Shown: positions 9,362 through 18,923 of the stretch, piece after piece
Layout of the letters: each line of letters begins with the position of its first letter
Position numbering within the stretch: position 1 is the stretch's first letter
Origin: Candidatus Iainarchaeum sp.
GTDB lineage: Archaea; Iainarchaeota; Iainarchaeia; Iainarchaeales; Iainarchaeaceae
Length of the DNA stretch: 64,000 bases
Assembly (NCBI GenBank): GCA_016202305.1
Contig: JACQPB010000039.1
Location: 6,661-70,660, forward strand
Reading direction: 5' to 3'
Translations under genes and position numbers: made by a program
Notes under the pieces: generated by a model
The model's database searches: none
Told to the model about the DNA's origin: nothing
What the model saw: only the letters and a program-made list of their open reading frames with translations

Positions 9362-10027
9362 CTATCGGCACGAGAGAGCCTGCCTCAAAGGAGAAGCAGA
9401 ATCAGCGGCTTGAAGGCCCTCGAACTTTTTCCCGTCAACCACGATGGCTGGCACTGAAGAAACCTCATACCTCTCCTTGAGAACCTCGACAACCGGAATC
9501 CCGAGGTCGGAAGGAACGGCAAAAACCCTCATGCCGGGACATTCTGCATGCATTGAGTCAAGAACCTTGCCCTGCGAGATGCAGTCGGCACAATAATCCC
9601 GGTCAGAGTAGAAGAAGAGCACGGGATTTACCTCATACGAGCCGCACCCGCGGATGGCCTTCTCTATGTAAAGGTAGAGCTCGATGTTCTGGTTGAGGTA
9701 CTTGCGCTTCAGCAGCTCATAATCCGCGAAAAGGCTCTGCGCCCTCGCTGCCTCGAGGTCAGAAAGCGCCTTCTGGATTCGCAAGACCTGCACATCAATG
9801 GTTTTCGGGAGGACGGCACAGATTTCGCCGCTGTCGGAAAACACGGACTCGTACAGGAGCAGCTGCTGCGTGGACTGGGAGTCAAGGGCCGCCTCCTCGA
9901 GCGACCTGCTTATTCCCGATATGCGCGAATCGTCTATGTAGCGTGTCACGGCAATCCCGCCGGCGAGCAGAACCAGAGTGAGAATGAAGGCCTTGAGGTA
10001 CTTGTCCATAAACGAATCACCATGCAT
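9362..10027 (-). CDS. membrane-anchored thioredoxin-fold protein (CxxC)
   Basis: N-terminal TM (LKAFILTLVLLAGGIAV), a CADC motif, and C-terminal …VSSVPAIVVDGKKFEG resembling thioredoxin/glutaredoxin-like proteins. Start at 10027 or 10009. Confidence 0.5.
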   Translation of the reverse strand: MHGDSFMDKYLKAFILTLVLLAGGIAVTRYIDDSRISGISRSLEEAALDSQSTQQLLLYESVFSDSGEICAVLPKTIDVQVLRIQKALSDLEAARAQSLFADYELLKRKYLNQNIELYLYIEKAIRGCGSYEVNPVLFFYSDRDYCADCISQGKVLDSMHAECPGMRVFAVPSDLGIPVVEVLKERYEVSSVPAIVVDGKKFEGLQAADSASPLRQALSCR

Positions 10028-10200
10028 AATTACTGAATTGATTTCCGTGAACTACCCACCGCTGAAGCAATTAGTGTCCCTTAAGAGGGCAACCGCTGCG
10101 ACGCCATGGCTTCTTGCTTCATCGAATCACCTTGCCAAAATTTGGTATTGGATGGTTCTCTTGCAAGGGCAGGTCCCCTGCCCATGAACTTATTTAATAT
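10024..10200 (-). ncRNA. candidate omega (right-end) RNA of TnpB copy 1, including a guide-like 3' tail
   Basis: DNA blocks are conserved between the two copies even where the protein C-termini diverge: GCCCTTGCAAGAGAACC, GGCAAGGTGATTCGATGAAGCAAGAA (26/26), GGTAGTTCACGGAA. Sequence beyond the right end differs (ATCAATTCAGTAATTATGC here). Confidence 0.4.
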
Positions 10201-11316
10201 ATTTACGGCGGAATTATAATCCCTATCCATTACAACACCACAATCGCCACATTTGTAAGTGCGTTGCCATAAAGGCATTTCCTTCAAGGAGCCGCACCTG
10301 CTACATGTTTTCGTGGTGTTCCTTGGGCTTATTTTTGCGAGTTCGCAACCAGCGCTTCCAGCCTTGTACGCGAGCATTTGCAAAAACCTTGCCCAAGAAG
10401 AATCCATGATATTCCGCGCATTCCGAGCGGAATGCACCATTCCAATGATATTCAAATCCTCAACCACAATCGTCCTGCAACCCTTCACGTATTTTGCGGA
10501 AAGCTTGTGCAAAAAATCATTCCGGCACCGCTCAATCTTTTCATGAACCTTCGCAACCGCCAGCCTAGCTTTTTTCCTGTTGCTGCTGCCTTTCCTCTTC
10601 CTCGCCAAATCCCTCTGCGCGAGCGCAAGGCGCTGCGCATGCTTGCCAATGTTATGCGGATGGGAAATCTTGTTTCCCTCACTGTCCACCAAATAATTAT
10701 TGATGCCAAGGTCGAGGCCAAGAACCTTCTCCCCGCACACCCTCTTCGGATTGGCATCGGTTATGAGTATTGCGAACCATTTCCCCAAGCGATTCTTCAA
10801 AGTAACCTGCTTTATGCGCCCCTCGACAGGCCTGTGCACCTTGATTTTTATGTTGCCGATTTTACTCAAATGCAAAATACCCTTCTTGCTTTTCACCATT
10901 TCGAGTTTGAAGCCAAACTGGTTATAGGAAAATGTCTTGAACCAATCTTTTCCCTTGAATCTCAAAGCGCCAACCTTCCGACCTTTTTTCTTAAGCGCTT
11001 TCAGTGAGCGCAGGTTAGAAAAAAGCCTGTAAGATTCCAACTGCAATGCCTTGGAATGCACCTCATTGAACTCCGACCTCGCTTTCTTCAATTTGACAAG
11101 CTCATGCTGCACCTTGTTCCTACTTGCTTTTCCTGTGCGCAATTTTTCCAGCAAAAAATTATAGGCTTGCCTACAAAGCTCCAGTGAATGCACCAAACCA
11201 AGTGCCTGAACCCTATTAGGGTACAGCCTGAACGCATAACTAATCAAAACCCCACACCAAAAACAAAACCGCGCCAGTCACCTTATAAGCCCAAGGAGAC
11301 GGTTCATTGCCGGTGC
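10043..11316 (-). mobile_element. TnpB-only IS200/IS605-family (IS1341-like) element, copy 1
   Basis: Ends were inferred by comparison with copy 2 (55082..56355). Similarity starts at TTCCGTGAACTACC (right-end side) and stops after TCATTGCCGGTGC (11304-11316, left-end side). No tnpA is present. Both copies come out at 1274 bp using these hand-derived ends. Confidence 0.7.
10081..11247 (-). CDS. tnpB: TnpB (IS605 OrfB-type RNA-guided endonuclease), apparently intact
   Basis: FRLYPN…, LGLDLGINNYLV (RuvC-I), IVVEDLNI (RuvC-II), CSRCGS…CGDCGVVMDRDYNSAVNIL (zinc finger plus RuvC-III). TTG start at 11247. Confidence 0.85.
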   Translation of the reverse strand: MISYAFRLYPNRVQALGLVHSLELCRQAYNFLLEKLRTGKASRNKVQHELVKLKKARSEFNEVHSKALQLESYRLFSNLRSLKALKKKGRKVGALRFKGKDWFKTFSYNQFGFKLEMVKSKKGILHLSKIGNIKIKVHRPVEGRIKQVTLKNRLGKWFAILITDANPKRVCGEKVLGLDLGINNYLVDSEGNKISHPHNIGKHAQRLALAQRDLARKRKGSSNRKKARLAVAKVHEKIERCRNDFLHKLSAKYVKGCRTIVVEDLNIIGMVHSARNARNIMDSSWARFLQMLAYKAGSAGCELAKISPRNTTKTCSRCGSLKEMPLWQRTYKCGDCGVVMDRDYNSAVNILNKFMGRGPALAREPSNTKFWQGDSMKQEAMASQRLPS

Positions 11317-11447
11317 CAATCAACTGCAAAGTCGGCACTCGTGAAGATTGCCGTGAGAATTATCGCATTGAAGTATTTTTCCGCCAATTTTCGAGCATTC
11401 TTTTGCTGGCCTATCCTTTGCAAAGCCCCCACTTTGCCGAGGTTATT

Positions 11448-12845
11448 TCACCAAGTGTAATGGCTCGCGTTGATTTCCTTAAAAAAGCTAGTGAAGTACA
11501 CCGCGGAAATGAAGAGCCCGTAAATGAAAAGGAAAAAAATTATCTGCGGAATCTTGAAGACGCTTATGTCCTCATCCACGAACTTGTGGCTTATGTAAAC
11601 TAGCATAGAATACATGAGTATGGTAAGGCCATAAAAGTAGATGCTCGAGTTCACGCCAGCGAAAGTCGGCAGCAGGCCGAAAAAACTGCCGTTGATGCCC
11701 ACCCATGAAACGAAAAACCCGAAGTAGTTCATCACGTTCTCGACATTGGCGGCAACCGTGACGACAAGGACAAGGATGGCTATGGCCTCGATGATGAGCG
11801 AGAACGGGAAACTGAACATCCCGAACTCGCCGTAATCAGGATTGAACAGCAGCTCCCTGTACTTCGCGGTGTTCGCGAACTTGCCCCTGTACCAGCGCGT
11901 CCTCTGCCTGAAAAGATGCCTGATGGTAGTGGGAACCTCCGTGTAAATGTGCGCATCCGGGGCCGCGACAATCCGGTAATGGCGCTTCTGCAGCCGCAGC
12001 GCAATCTCCATGTCCTCGGTTATGTTCTCCTCATCGAAGCCACCGATGTCCTCGAGGACTGCCCTCCTGAAAACGCTCATAGGCCCCGGAGTCACGAAAA
12101 CCCCGTTAATCTCTGAGAGCACGCTCTGGAAAAAACCGAAAGCGACGAGATATTCAATCTCCTGGATTTTCCCGATGAAGCCATCGGGATTCGAGGCCCT
12201 CACAAGGCCGGTGACAGCGCCGACGCCCTCGCCGAAATGCGGAACCATCTTCATCAGGCAATCTCTGTCTGGAAAAGTGTCAGAATCAATCGTGGCCACT
12301 ATGTCGCCCTTCGCGAGCCTGATTCCTGAATTCAGGGCAGCGGCCTTGCCCCCGTTCCTCGCCTTTGAAATCACCTCGATTCCCTTGATGCGGGAAAGAA
12401 TCGCCTTGGAATCATCAGTCGAGCCGTCATCCACCACTATTATCTGCTTTGCCAGCGGATACTCGAGCGACTTCGCCGCATCAACGCACGCAGCGAGGGC
12501 CTTCGCGCCATTGTAATTGGGTATCACGATGGAAACACGCGGCCACTCGCTTATTGTAGGCTTGGGCTTGGAGCGAAAATCGAAGTACGCAAAAAGAAAG
12601 ACCGCATTGATGAAGACAAGCACGATGTTGAAGAACACAATCACCCAATAAACCGAAATCATCTTCACGAGCATGTAAATGAGCCCGAAAACGAGAAGGA
12701 AAACCGCAAAAGTGCGAAGCCTCACGCGCATCCAGAGTATTGGGCCGAGAGGAGTTAAAAGGGTTGCTGGAAGAAAGGGCTTGTTTGAAAAATCCTGAGC
12801 GTGGGCTTTTGTTAAAAAAGCCCGCATTGGCAAATTGAAAGACAA
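11448..12845 (-). CDS. integral-membrane processive family-2 glycosyltransferase (cellulose/chitin-synthase-like)
   Basis: VSIVIPNYNGA…IIVVDDGSTDDS…DSDTFP…ITEDMEIALRLQ…FRQRTRWYRG (QxxRW), with multiple TM helices at both ends. Start is TTG 12845 or ATG 12827. Confidence 0.8.
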   Translation of the reverse strand: MSFNLPMRAFLTKAHAQDFSNKPFLPATLLTPLGPILWMRVRLRTFAVFLLVFGLIYMLVKMISVYWVIVFFNIVLVFINAVFLFAYFDFRSKPKPTISEWPRVSIVIPNYNGAKALAACVDAAKSLEYPLAKQIIVVDDGSTDDSKAILSRIKGIEVISKARNGGKAAALNSGIRLAKGDIVATIDSDTFPDRDCLMKMVPHFGEGVGAVTGLVRASNPDGFIGKIQEIEYLVAFGFFQSVLSEINGVFVTPGPMSVFRRAVLEDIGGFDEENITEDMEIALRLQKRHYRIVAAPDAHIYTEVPTTIRHLFRQRTRWYRGKFANTAKYRELLFNPDYGEFGMFSFPFSLIIEAIAILVLVVTVAANVENVMNYFGFFVSWVGINGSFFGLLPTFAGVNSSIYFYGLTILMYSMLVYISHKFVDEDISVFKIPQIIFFLFIYGLFISAVYFTSFFKEINASHYTW

Positions 12846-13043
12846 AGCCTCTTCAACCCTTCAAAAATGGATTTGCAGTATTTTTATCGTTGGCATCATA
12901 GTTCAGATTATTATTGGGCTGATTTTGTTGTTGATAATATTTAGCCCTGGATTCCAACAGTTTGCAGCAAGTGTTGAATAACCCCCCCCCGGTCACAGAC
13001 CGGCGGAATTCTTTAGTAAATTTTAGCAAACTTACCAATCAAA

Positions 13044-13706
13044 TTAAGATTGGCATGAAATTAGCGTCGCATTTTTGGCTCCATGAATCTCTTGTATTGT
13101 TTTGTTGTATCTGAGCCAGAATAGTATGTGGGAATTTTGTGGGGTGTAGTGTGTCATGTAGTATTCGATGGATTTTTCGTAAGCGGCCTGCGATTTCTCA
13201 TATGCGTCTTGGACTGTATTTCCTTTGATTAGCGATATTGGCGCAAGGTTGGCGGCAGTTAGAAAGTGTTCTGCTATTCTGTCTTTTTTTGGGGTAGTTG
13301 ACCTATCTTCGCTATGCAGTAAGACAAAATCTTGATTATATCCGATAAATGCTTTTGCCCCGGCTTTGACGCTTCTTGGGCCTAAAATGCTTGCTGAACT
13401 GCAAGACAAAGAGTGTACAATTGCTGATTGCAGAATGTTTTCGTTTTCTCCTGCTTTTACTAGAATTTCTAGATTGTCACCAGTTATGCAATCCGGGCTG
13501 CCATGTCCATTAAATGCGATTAGGGCTGGTTTGTGTTTTTCAATTCTTTTTTCCAGAGCTTCTCTTGTAACGTTTTCTTTGAGTTCGTGCACTTGCATGT
13601 TTCTTGCTTTCGCCTCATCGCTTATGCTATCCGACCATGCGGACAAGTAGGAAGTTGCAAGGTCAAAATTTGGTTTAGTAACCAGAATGCAACCGGGGTT
13701 CGACAA
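13044..13706 (-). CDS. hypothetical protein with a caspase/CHAT-like His…Cys arrangement (220 aa)
   Basis: …KPALIAFNGHGSPD… and …SAIVHSLSCSSASILG… resemble the HG / hydrophobic-x-x-C catalytic dyad context of clan CD peptidases. A+T-rich islet. The assignment is an inference only. Confidence 0.45.
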   Translation of the reverse strand: MSNPGCILVTKPNFDLATSYLSAWSDSISDEAKARNMQVHELKENVTREALEKRIEKHKPALIAFNGHGSPDCITGDNLEILVKAGENENILQSAIVHSLSCSSASILGPRSVKAGAKAFIGYNQDFVLLHSEDRSTTPKKDRIAEHFLTAANLAPISLIKGNTVQDAYEKSQAAYEKSIEYYMTHYTPQNSHILFWLRYNKTIQEIHGAKNATLISCQS

Positions 13707-13710
13707 AAGT

Positions 13711-13908
13711 TCACCCCTTGAATTGCCTTAAATTGTCCATATAGACTTTTACGACAAGTTCCCCTAATTTAGTTTCTTGTTCCACTTCCTTCATCAAACC
13801 CCACTTGTCAAAAGTGCCTTGCCCGCCTATTGACATCCTTAGCCCGGGGGGCATTGTCTGCAATCTCGCCAACACTATCTCCTTTTCCTCTTTAGAAAAC
13901 ATTTGCAC
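13711..13908 (-). CDS. small hypothetical protein (65 aa), paralogous to the C-terminal half of the upstream 126-aa protein
   Basis: Shared pattern VL…P…I.G.(G/E)TF..W…E(I/V)…T.LG with residues ~70-126 of ORF 13916..14296. Confidence 0.45.
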   Translation of the reverse strand: MQMFSKEEKEIVLARLQTMPPGLRMSIGGQGTFDKWGLMKEVEQETKLGELVVKVYMDNLRQFKG

Positions 13909-13915
13909 ACCCCAA

Positions 13916-14296
13916 TTAAATTATTCTTAATTTTAATAATCGTTCTCCGATTATTTTCCCTAATTGCGTTTTACTTTTTATCTCTAAATAACTTCGCGCC
14001 CATGTAAACGTCTCGCCTTCTATTACTATTACCGGCAATTTTCTTTCTTCAAGCGGAAGATTCGCATATACCAGCACGAATCTTTCATAATACGAAAGTT
14101 TTTTAGGGCCTGTGATACTGGATTTCTCTTTTGAATCTTCTGGAGAAAGAACTAACGAATCACCCTTTAATTCTGTTTTGAGCGAGATTCCTTGGGCCCA
14201 TTTTAATTCTTTGATGTTTTCTTCAGGGATGATTATGCTCCATTTTACATATTCTTTGTCTTTTGTTCTCCTGGATATATGTTTTTGTAGTTTCAT
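13916..14296 (-). CDS. hypothetical protein: AbrB/SpoVT-like N-terminal domain plus an uncharacterised C-terminal domain (126 aa)
   Basis: N-terminus …VKWSIIIPEENIKELKWAQGISLKTELKGDSLVLSPED resembles swapped-hairpin AbrB/MazE DNA-binding domains. First gene of a three-gene A+T-rich islet. Confidence 0.45.
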   Translation of the reverse strand: MKLQKHISRRTKDKEYVKWSIIIPEENIKELKWAQGISLKTELKGDSLVLSPEDSKEKSSITGPKKLSYYERFVLVYANLPLEERKLPVIVIEGETFTWARSYLEIKSKTQLGKIIGERLLKLRII

Positions 14297-14449
14297 GGAC
14301 GCTACCTAATATGAGGTTTTAGTATATAAACGTTAGGCATCTAAAATGACAAATATTAGGCACCTCAAACAAATTTCTGGATAAACTGTTTAAATCTCTA
14401 TTCTTTTTCGTAACAGTTCTACGTTTTCCGGTTAAGGGATTGATTAGGT

Positions 14450-15067
14450 CTACTTGACTTTTATGAGAACCGAGTTCACCCTCTCGATGATGGCCCCGGT
14501 GTCAGGGTAAATCGCGCTCATCACCACGAAAGAGGAACTATAAAGATTCTCGTAAGAGGAAGGGTAAATGTGAATGCTGCCCTGCCCGAAAACCGCGCGC
14601 GGAGAGCCGAGCTTCGCGTCGGGAAGGGAGATGAGCACCATGAAGGCGCGCGCGTCGGCAAGAAGCCTCCCGCATTCGTCTGAAGTCAGCTCCTTGCTCG
14701 TGCGGACATCGCCAAGGTTAGACTCGCAGCGCTTTATGCCGCCGTTAGAGTCAAGGACGCGCCCTATTATCACGACCTCCTTCGCCTGCGCGGAAAGCAC
14801 GGTCGAATACAGCGTGAGCACGGAAGTCACCTGGCCGTTCCCCTGCCCTGAATCCGTGAACTCGGGCGAAACCACGAAAGAGCCCGCAGACCTCGCGTCC
14901 CCGATGGAAACAGAAGGCTCCGCATAATTGGAGACAAAATCAACGCCGCCGACACTCGAATGGTACTTGTAGCCCAGAAACCCGAAGCTCGAAAACACGA
15001 AATAGCCGAGGACAACCAGTATGACAAGAAGCACAGGGGTTAGGTAAAAGTAAATCTTCCCGCCCAT
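14450..15067 (-). CDS. hypothetical N-terminally anchored/secreted protein (205 aa)
   Basis: N-terminal TM (IYFYLTPVLLVILVVLGYFVF). No family recognised. Confidence 0.5.
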   Translation of the reverse strand: MGGKIYFYLTPVLLVILVVLGYFVFSSFGFLGYKYHSSVGGVDFVSNYAEPSVSIGDARSAGSFVVSPEFTDSGQGNGQVTSVLTLYSTVLSAQAKEVVIIGRVLDSNGGIKRCESNLGDVRTSKELTSDECGRLLADARAFMVLISLPDAKLGSPRAVFGQGSIHIYPSSYENLYSSSFVVMSAIYPDTGAIIERVNSVLIKVK

Positions 15068-15499
15068 GGAAAAAGAGTTCTGCGAAAAGAGTTAAAAGGG
15101 TGATGCAGGAGGAAAAAAGAACCGCGACCGCAACACGCCGAAAACTCGCGGAAAGCCAGAGACAAACTAGAATTGATTTGTCAAGAGCACCATGTGAAGG
15201 ACATTAGAAGGTTCTGGATTCTAAGCCGCGGCCAGTGTAAAAAAATGACTTTCTTTGGCAAAATGAGCCAACATAGCGTTCCAGTAAGTATTGACGCAGC
15301 CAATGCGAAATAGAATTGTTGGGAATACTGAAAGGCAACTAATAGACTAACAAGCGCGGAAGGGAAAAACGCACCCCGAACATTTGCAGTATTTTCTCAA
15401 AATTTCTGTTAGCAGTTACGTTACTATACAGTCAAATGTATAGATGTTGTACAATCAAATGTATAGAGCGGTTCTTGTGGATGCGAAAATACCAAAAGA

Positions 15500-15552
15500 G
15501 TGCAAAAAAAGAATGAAAAAAATAGGAGAATTGGGAAGCGGCTTTTGGCCGC
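15500..15552 (-). terminator. putative terminator of the S-layer-like gene (hairpin plus oligo-T tracts)
   Basis: On the minus strand, GCGGC-CAAAA-GCCGC (15538-15552) lies directly after the stop. It is followed by T-runs (complement of A-runs at ~15503-15510 and ~15516-15522). Archaeal termination at oligo-T is established. Confidence 0.4.
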
Positions 15553-15576
15553 CCCCCAATGTATTCATCATTGAAT

Positions 15577-18500
15577 TTAATCCAGCGCGTCTATAGCGTC
15601 TATCAATTCCTGGACGGCTTCTCCTGTCTGCTTAGCAGTGTAACCTGCGAGCCAGATGTTGCCTGAGGCGTCAACCTCTGCAATTACCGGGCTACTTGGC
15701 GAAGTCAGCCTGTCCTTGAGTTTTGATGCGAGCTTGTTGACTATCTGGCCACCTATTACTATGTTGTGGCCTGCTGGTGCGTCCGTGTCAACGTAGACCA
15801 GATTGGCTACGTTTGCCGGCGTGAATGCCGATGCCGGGGTAGCGCTGCATACAGCCGCCGCAGGCTTGCCGCCTGTTACGCTGCATGTACCGCCATGTAC
15901 GCCCGTCACTGTAACGGTTGCGCCTGCACTGGTCTTTGCCGATTCACCTGCAATGGCCTTGAGGGTCACTGGCGAACCGCCTGAAACCACCTTGTTCGCA
16001 TCCCGGCCGTAGACGTAGAGAATGACATCCTCTGCATTCTGCGGCGAAGATATGGTCGTGCCTGTATCCGTGCCATCGAGCTTTACCTTTGTGCCAGCAT
16101 CAGTGTATGCGGCCTGTAGGTAGCTCGTGTTGGAGCCGTTTGTCAGGCTCCATGTTGGAGCGCCGTTGTAGTCCACGTTGGTTGCGTAGCCTGTCAGGTT
16201 GTTGTTCGGGAATGAACCAAGGCTTCCGCCGTTGGCGTTATTCACGAAGACGCTGATTCCGCCCCTGCTCACTGCATCGGCAATCCTGAACTCCGACACG
16301 AAGTACGCGTTGCTGTTGTTGAACGCCGCTCCGCCGTTGAAGTCCGTGGATGGCGGTACGAATACACCGACATCCCTTGCTGTGCCATCTGTATTAGTGG
16401 CACGGCCCATGAGATTGCCGTCCTGCGCACCATCACCATCGGCGAATGTTGCCGGAAGACCTGCTACCTCAGTGTAGGATGAGTCAGTCGGGTATGTAGT
16501 TCCAAGGTACTTTATTGCCTTGTCGTACTGCACCACATTGCTTTCGCTGCTACCCAAGGTGTCTGCGCTCATCAGGAACCAAAGTTTTGAAGACCTTGGA
16601 GCCACAGCATAGTAGAACAATCTACTATCCGATGTACCTGAAAGGCCTGCGTTCACGGAAACGGGGGTAGTGCCGACGGAATTACCATCGAACACAGCAT
16701 CCTGCGTGAAGTACAGCTTACCGTATGACTGGTCAGTTGTGTCCCCGCCCTTGTTGTATATCAGCTTCGATGCCTGGTTGGCCACCGTATCAGTGGAGGT
16801 GTACGCTGATGTCTTTGTCAGGATTATTTCACCATCAACGTTAATTCCGGCGTCGTGGGTTGTTGACACGACGTTCTGGTCATAGACATGGTACCTTACT
16901 CCATCGACATTGAATACTGAGCCGACAACGAGGTTGAAGTCTGCAGCTGATGGAGTGTCAGGACCTTGCCTGCGCATCAATCCAACGCCCTCCACTGTTA
17001 TCTGCAGATTGCCGTCAGCAGCGTCAGTGCCGGCAGCATTGGTCAATGTCCAAATCCTGCCATTGATGCGGTCAGAGCTATTGACAACGAAGTTAAGGTC
17101 CAGCTTTCCTGAGCCTGTTGAACCGAAGTTCTGGTCCCAATAGATGGTCTTGCCATCAAAGGTGAACTCACCATGGTTCCTACCTGGCACAGTAGTATCG
17201 GTAGGAGCAGTGCTATCTTCTGCCACCGCGAAAGGCAGAGTATGGTCTGCCTCGTCCTTACCCTTGAACTTTATACCACCATATGCCCTAGCGGAACCAT
17301 CAAGACCGTTCAGAATGCCTGCATCCCTTCCTATCAAAATCTGAGCCCTTGACTCCTTTCCTTCGAAGCCCAGGAACTCAACCTTGGCGAAGCCCTTTCC
17401 GAGTGTGCCTGCTGGCAGACTCTGCCCAAAGAGCGCCGAAGTACCGGCATGCCCAGTGAGTGAATCACCCGCATTGCTCGGGTACAAGGGGCCCAAGGAA
17501 GTAGTGTCCGTTGTCCACTTGTCAGTATCGTTGGCTATCCTTATCTTCTGCAGGAAGTTGCCCGGAGAGGTTATAGTCACTAGGTACGGGAAACTGCTTG
17601 CAGTAGATGTAGAATCATACGGGTAGCCCTTGTTGTGGTACAACACAAGCGTATCCGTTCCAGCGGTCACATCAATGTAACCCTGCTGTGTGGACTCTGC
17701 CCTTCCGATGTTGTTTACGAAGAGGTTGCTTTTAAGGACTGCGTCACCGTTCTTCGTGAACAAATCCCTGAGATTGTTGTTATTTGCAGTTGAGGTCACG
17801 CCAGACTGGCTGGTTATTACCGTGCCCTTGCTGTCAATCAAATCGAACTTAGCTTCGTAGGTAGCTGTCGGACCCGTGCTTGTCAGGCTTATGAACTTCA
17901 CGCTCACTGCCTGGCCGGCATAAGCGCCGTCACCTTCGAGGCCATCTATTGTATCGCCCTCGAACTTCGTCACCTTAGCGGCACTCTTCACGAGAGTAAC
18001 GTTAGGGTTCGCGCCATTGAGAGTGGCACTGCTGAGCTCATATTGCTCACCGAAGAGAATCAGCTTCACGCTGTCATTCGAGCCTGAAGTGAAACTCGTA
18101 TTGCCCATGTCAAGGCCTGTAGTGCCGTTTATTATTGACTCGTAGTAGAACTGGCCTCCCGATATCGTTGCGAAGAGGTCCTTTACACCGCTTCCGGTGG
18201 TGTTCTGCTTTGCATCAGCAACCACACCAATTCTTTCCTCTATAGTGGGATTCGTGGCGTTGTTGTCAACCTTCTGCTTCACAGCCGCATTATGGAGATA
18301 AGACAACTGACCGCTCTTCAATACGTTAGTGTCATTTCCAGTCGAAATTTCCGGAGCACTGGTACTGCCGGTCTGCGAATCCAACCTTCCCTTGAACCTG
18401 TAGGAAGAACTGGAGCTTATGGAAACCGTTCCGCCAACCGTGACGTCAATCGTCAGGTCAGCAAGATTAACGCTTCCTGAAGCGCCTGTACCGCCATTGG

Positions 18501-18762
18501 CATCAGCATTGACTTTTACGTCAACTGTCTTGCTGGTACCAGCCTTGGAGGCTATCTTTGCCGCGAGGTTACCCGCCCAAATACCATCTGAAACCTGAGC
18601 ATCTGAACCAACCACGATGTTCACGATCGGAGCACCGGTAGCTGAATCGAATATGTCAGACTTCTTTATGTCAATTGCTGCAACCATAGGGGCCGCTGCT
18701 GTTCCCAGCAATGCTGCACCTGTCGCTATGGCAGCTAACTTTTTCACATTCAAGCCTTTCAT
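15577..18762 (-). CDS. large secreted surface (S-layer-like) protein
   Basis: Signal-like N-terminus MKGLNVKKLAAIATGAALLGTAAAPMVAA, then >1000 aa rich in T/S/G/N/D/A with almost no Cys. ATG at 18762 is preceded by GTGAGGTGA, with a TATTTAAATAAG box further upstream. Confidence 0.7.
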   Translation of the reverse strand: MKGLNVKKLAAIATGAALLGTAAAPMVAAIDIKKSDIFDSATGAPIVNIVVGSDAQVSDGIWAGNLAAKIASKAGTSKTVDVKVNADANGGTGASGSVNLADLTIDVTVGGTVSISSSSSYRFKGRLDSQTGSTSAPEISTGNDTNVLKSGQLSYLHNAAVKQKVDNNATNPTIEERIGVVADAKQNTTGSGVKDLFATISGGQFYYESIINGTTGLDMGNTSFTSGSNDSVKLILFGEQYELSSATLNGANPNVTLVKSAAKVTKFEGDTIDGLEGDGAYAGQAVSVKFISLTSTGPTATYEAKFDLIDSKGTVITSQSGVTSTANNNNLRDLFTKNGDAVLKSNLFVNNIGRAESTQQGYIDVTAGTDTLVLYHNKGYPYDSTSTASSFPYLVTITSPGNFLQKIRIANDTDKWTTDTTSLGPLYPSNAGDSLTGHAGTSALFGQSLPAGTLGKGFAKVEFLGFEGKESRAQILIGRDAGILNGLDGSARAYGGIKFKGKDEADHTLPFAVAEDSTAPTDTTVPGRNHGEFTFDGKTIYWDQNFGSTGSGKLDLNFVVNSSDRINGRIWTLTNAAGTDAADGNLQITVEGVGLMRRQGPDTPSAADFNLVVGSVFNVDGVRYHVYDQNVVSTTHDAGINVDGEIILTKTSAYTSTDTVANQASKLIYNKGGDTTDQSYGKLYFTQDAVFDGNSVGTTPVSVNAGLSGTSDSRLFYYAVAPRSSKLWFLMSADTLGSSESNVVQYDKAIKYLGTTYPTDSSYTEVAGLPATFADGDGAQDGNLMGRATNTDGTARDVGVFVPPSTDFNGGAAFNNSNAYFVSEFRIADAVSRGGISVFVNNANGGSLGSFPNNNLTGYATNVDYNGAPTWSLTNGSNTSYLQAAYTDAGTKVKLDGTDTGTTISSPQNAEDVILYVYGRDANKVVSGGSPVTLKAIAGESAKTSAGATVTVTGVHGGTCSVTGGKPAAAVCSATPASAFTPANVANLVYVDTDAPAGHNIVIGGQIVNKLASKLKDRLTSPSSPVIAEVDASGNIWLAGYTAKQTGEAVQELIDAIDALD

Positions 18763-18923
18763 GTTTTGCTTCACCTCACAAATCACATCAAAAGGTTCTA
18801 CATTGGCCGATGCGTAAGCATGGCCGTTTGTAGGCTCTTATATTCCATCGCTCCACTTATTTAAATACCTTTCGGTTTCGGAAATCGATACCCGCTATTA
18901 ATAGCCAAAACAAGCCCAAATTT

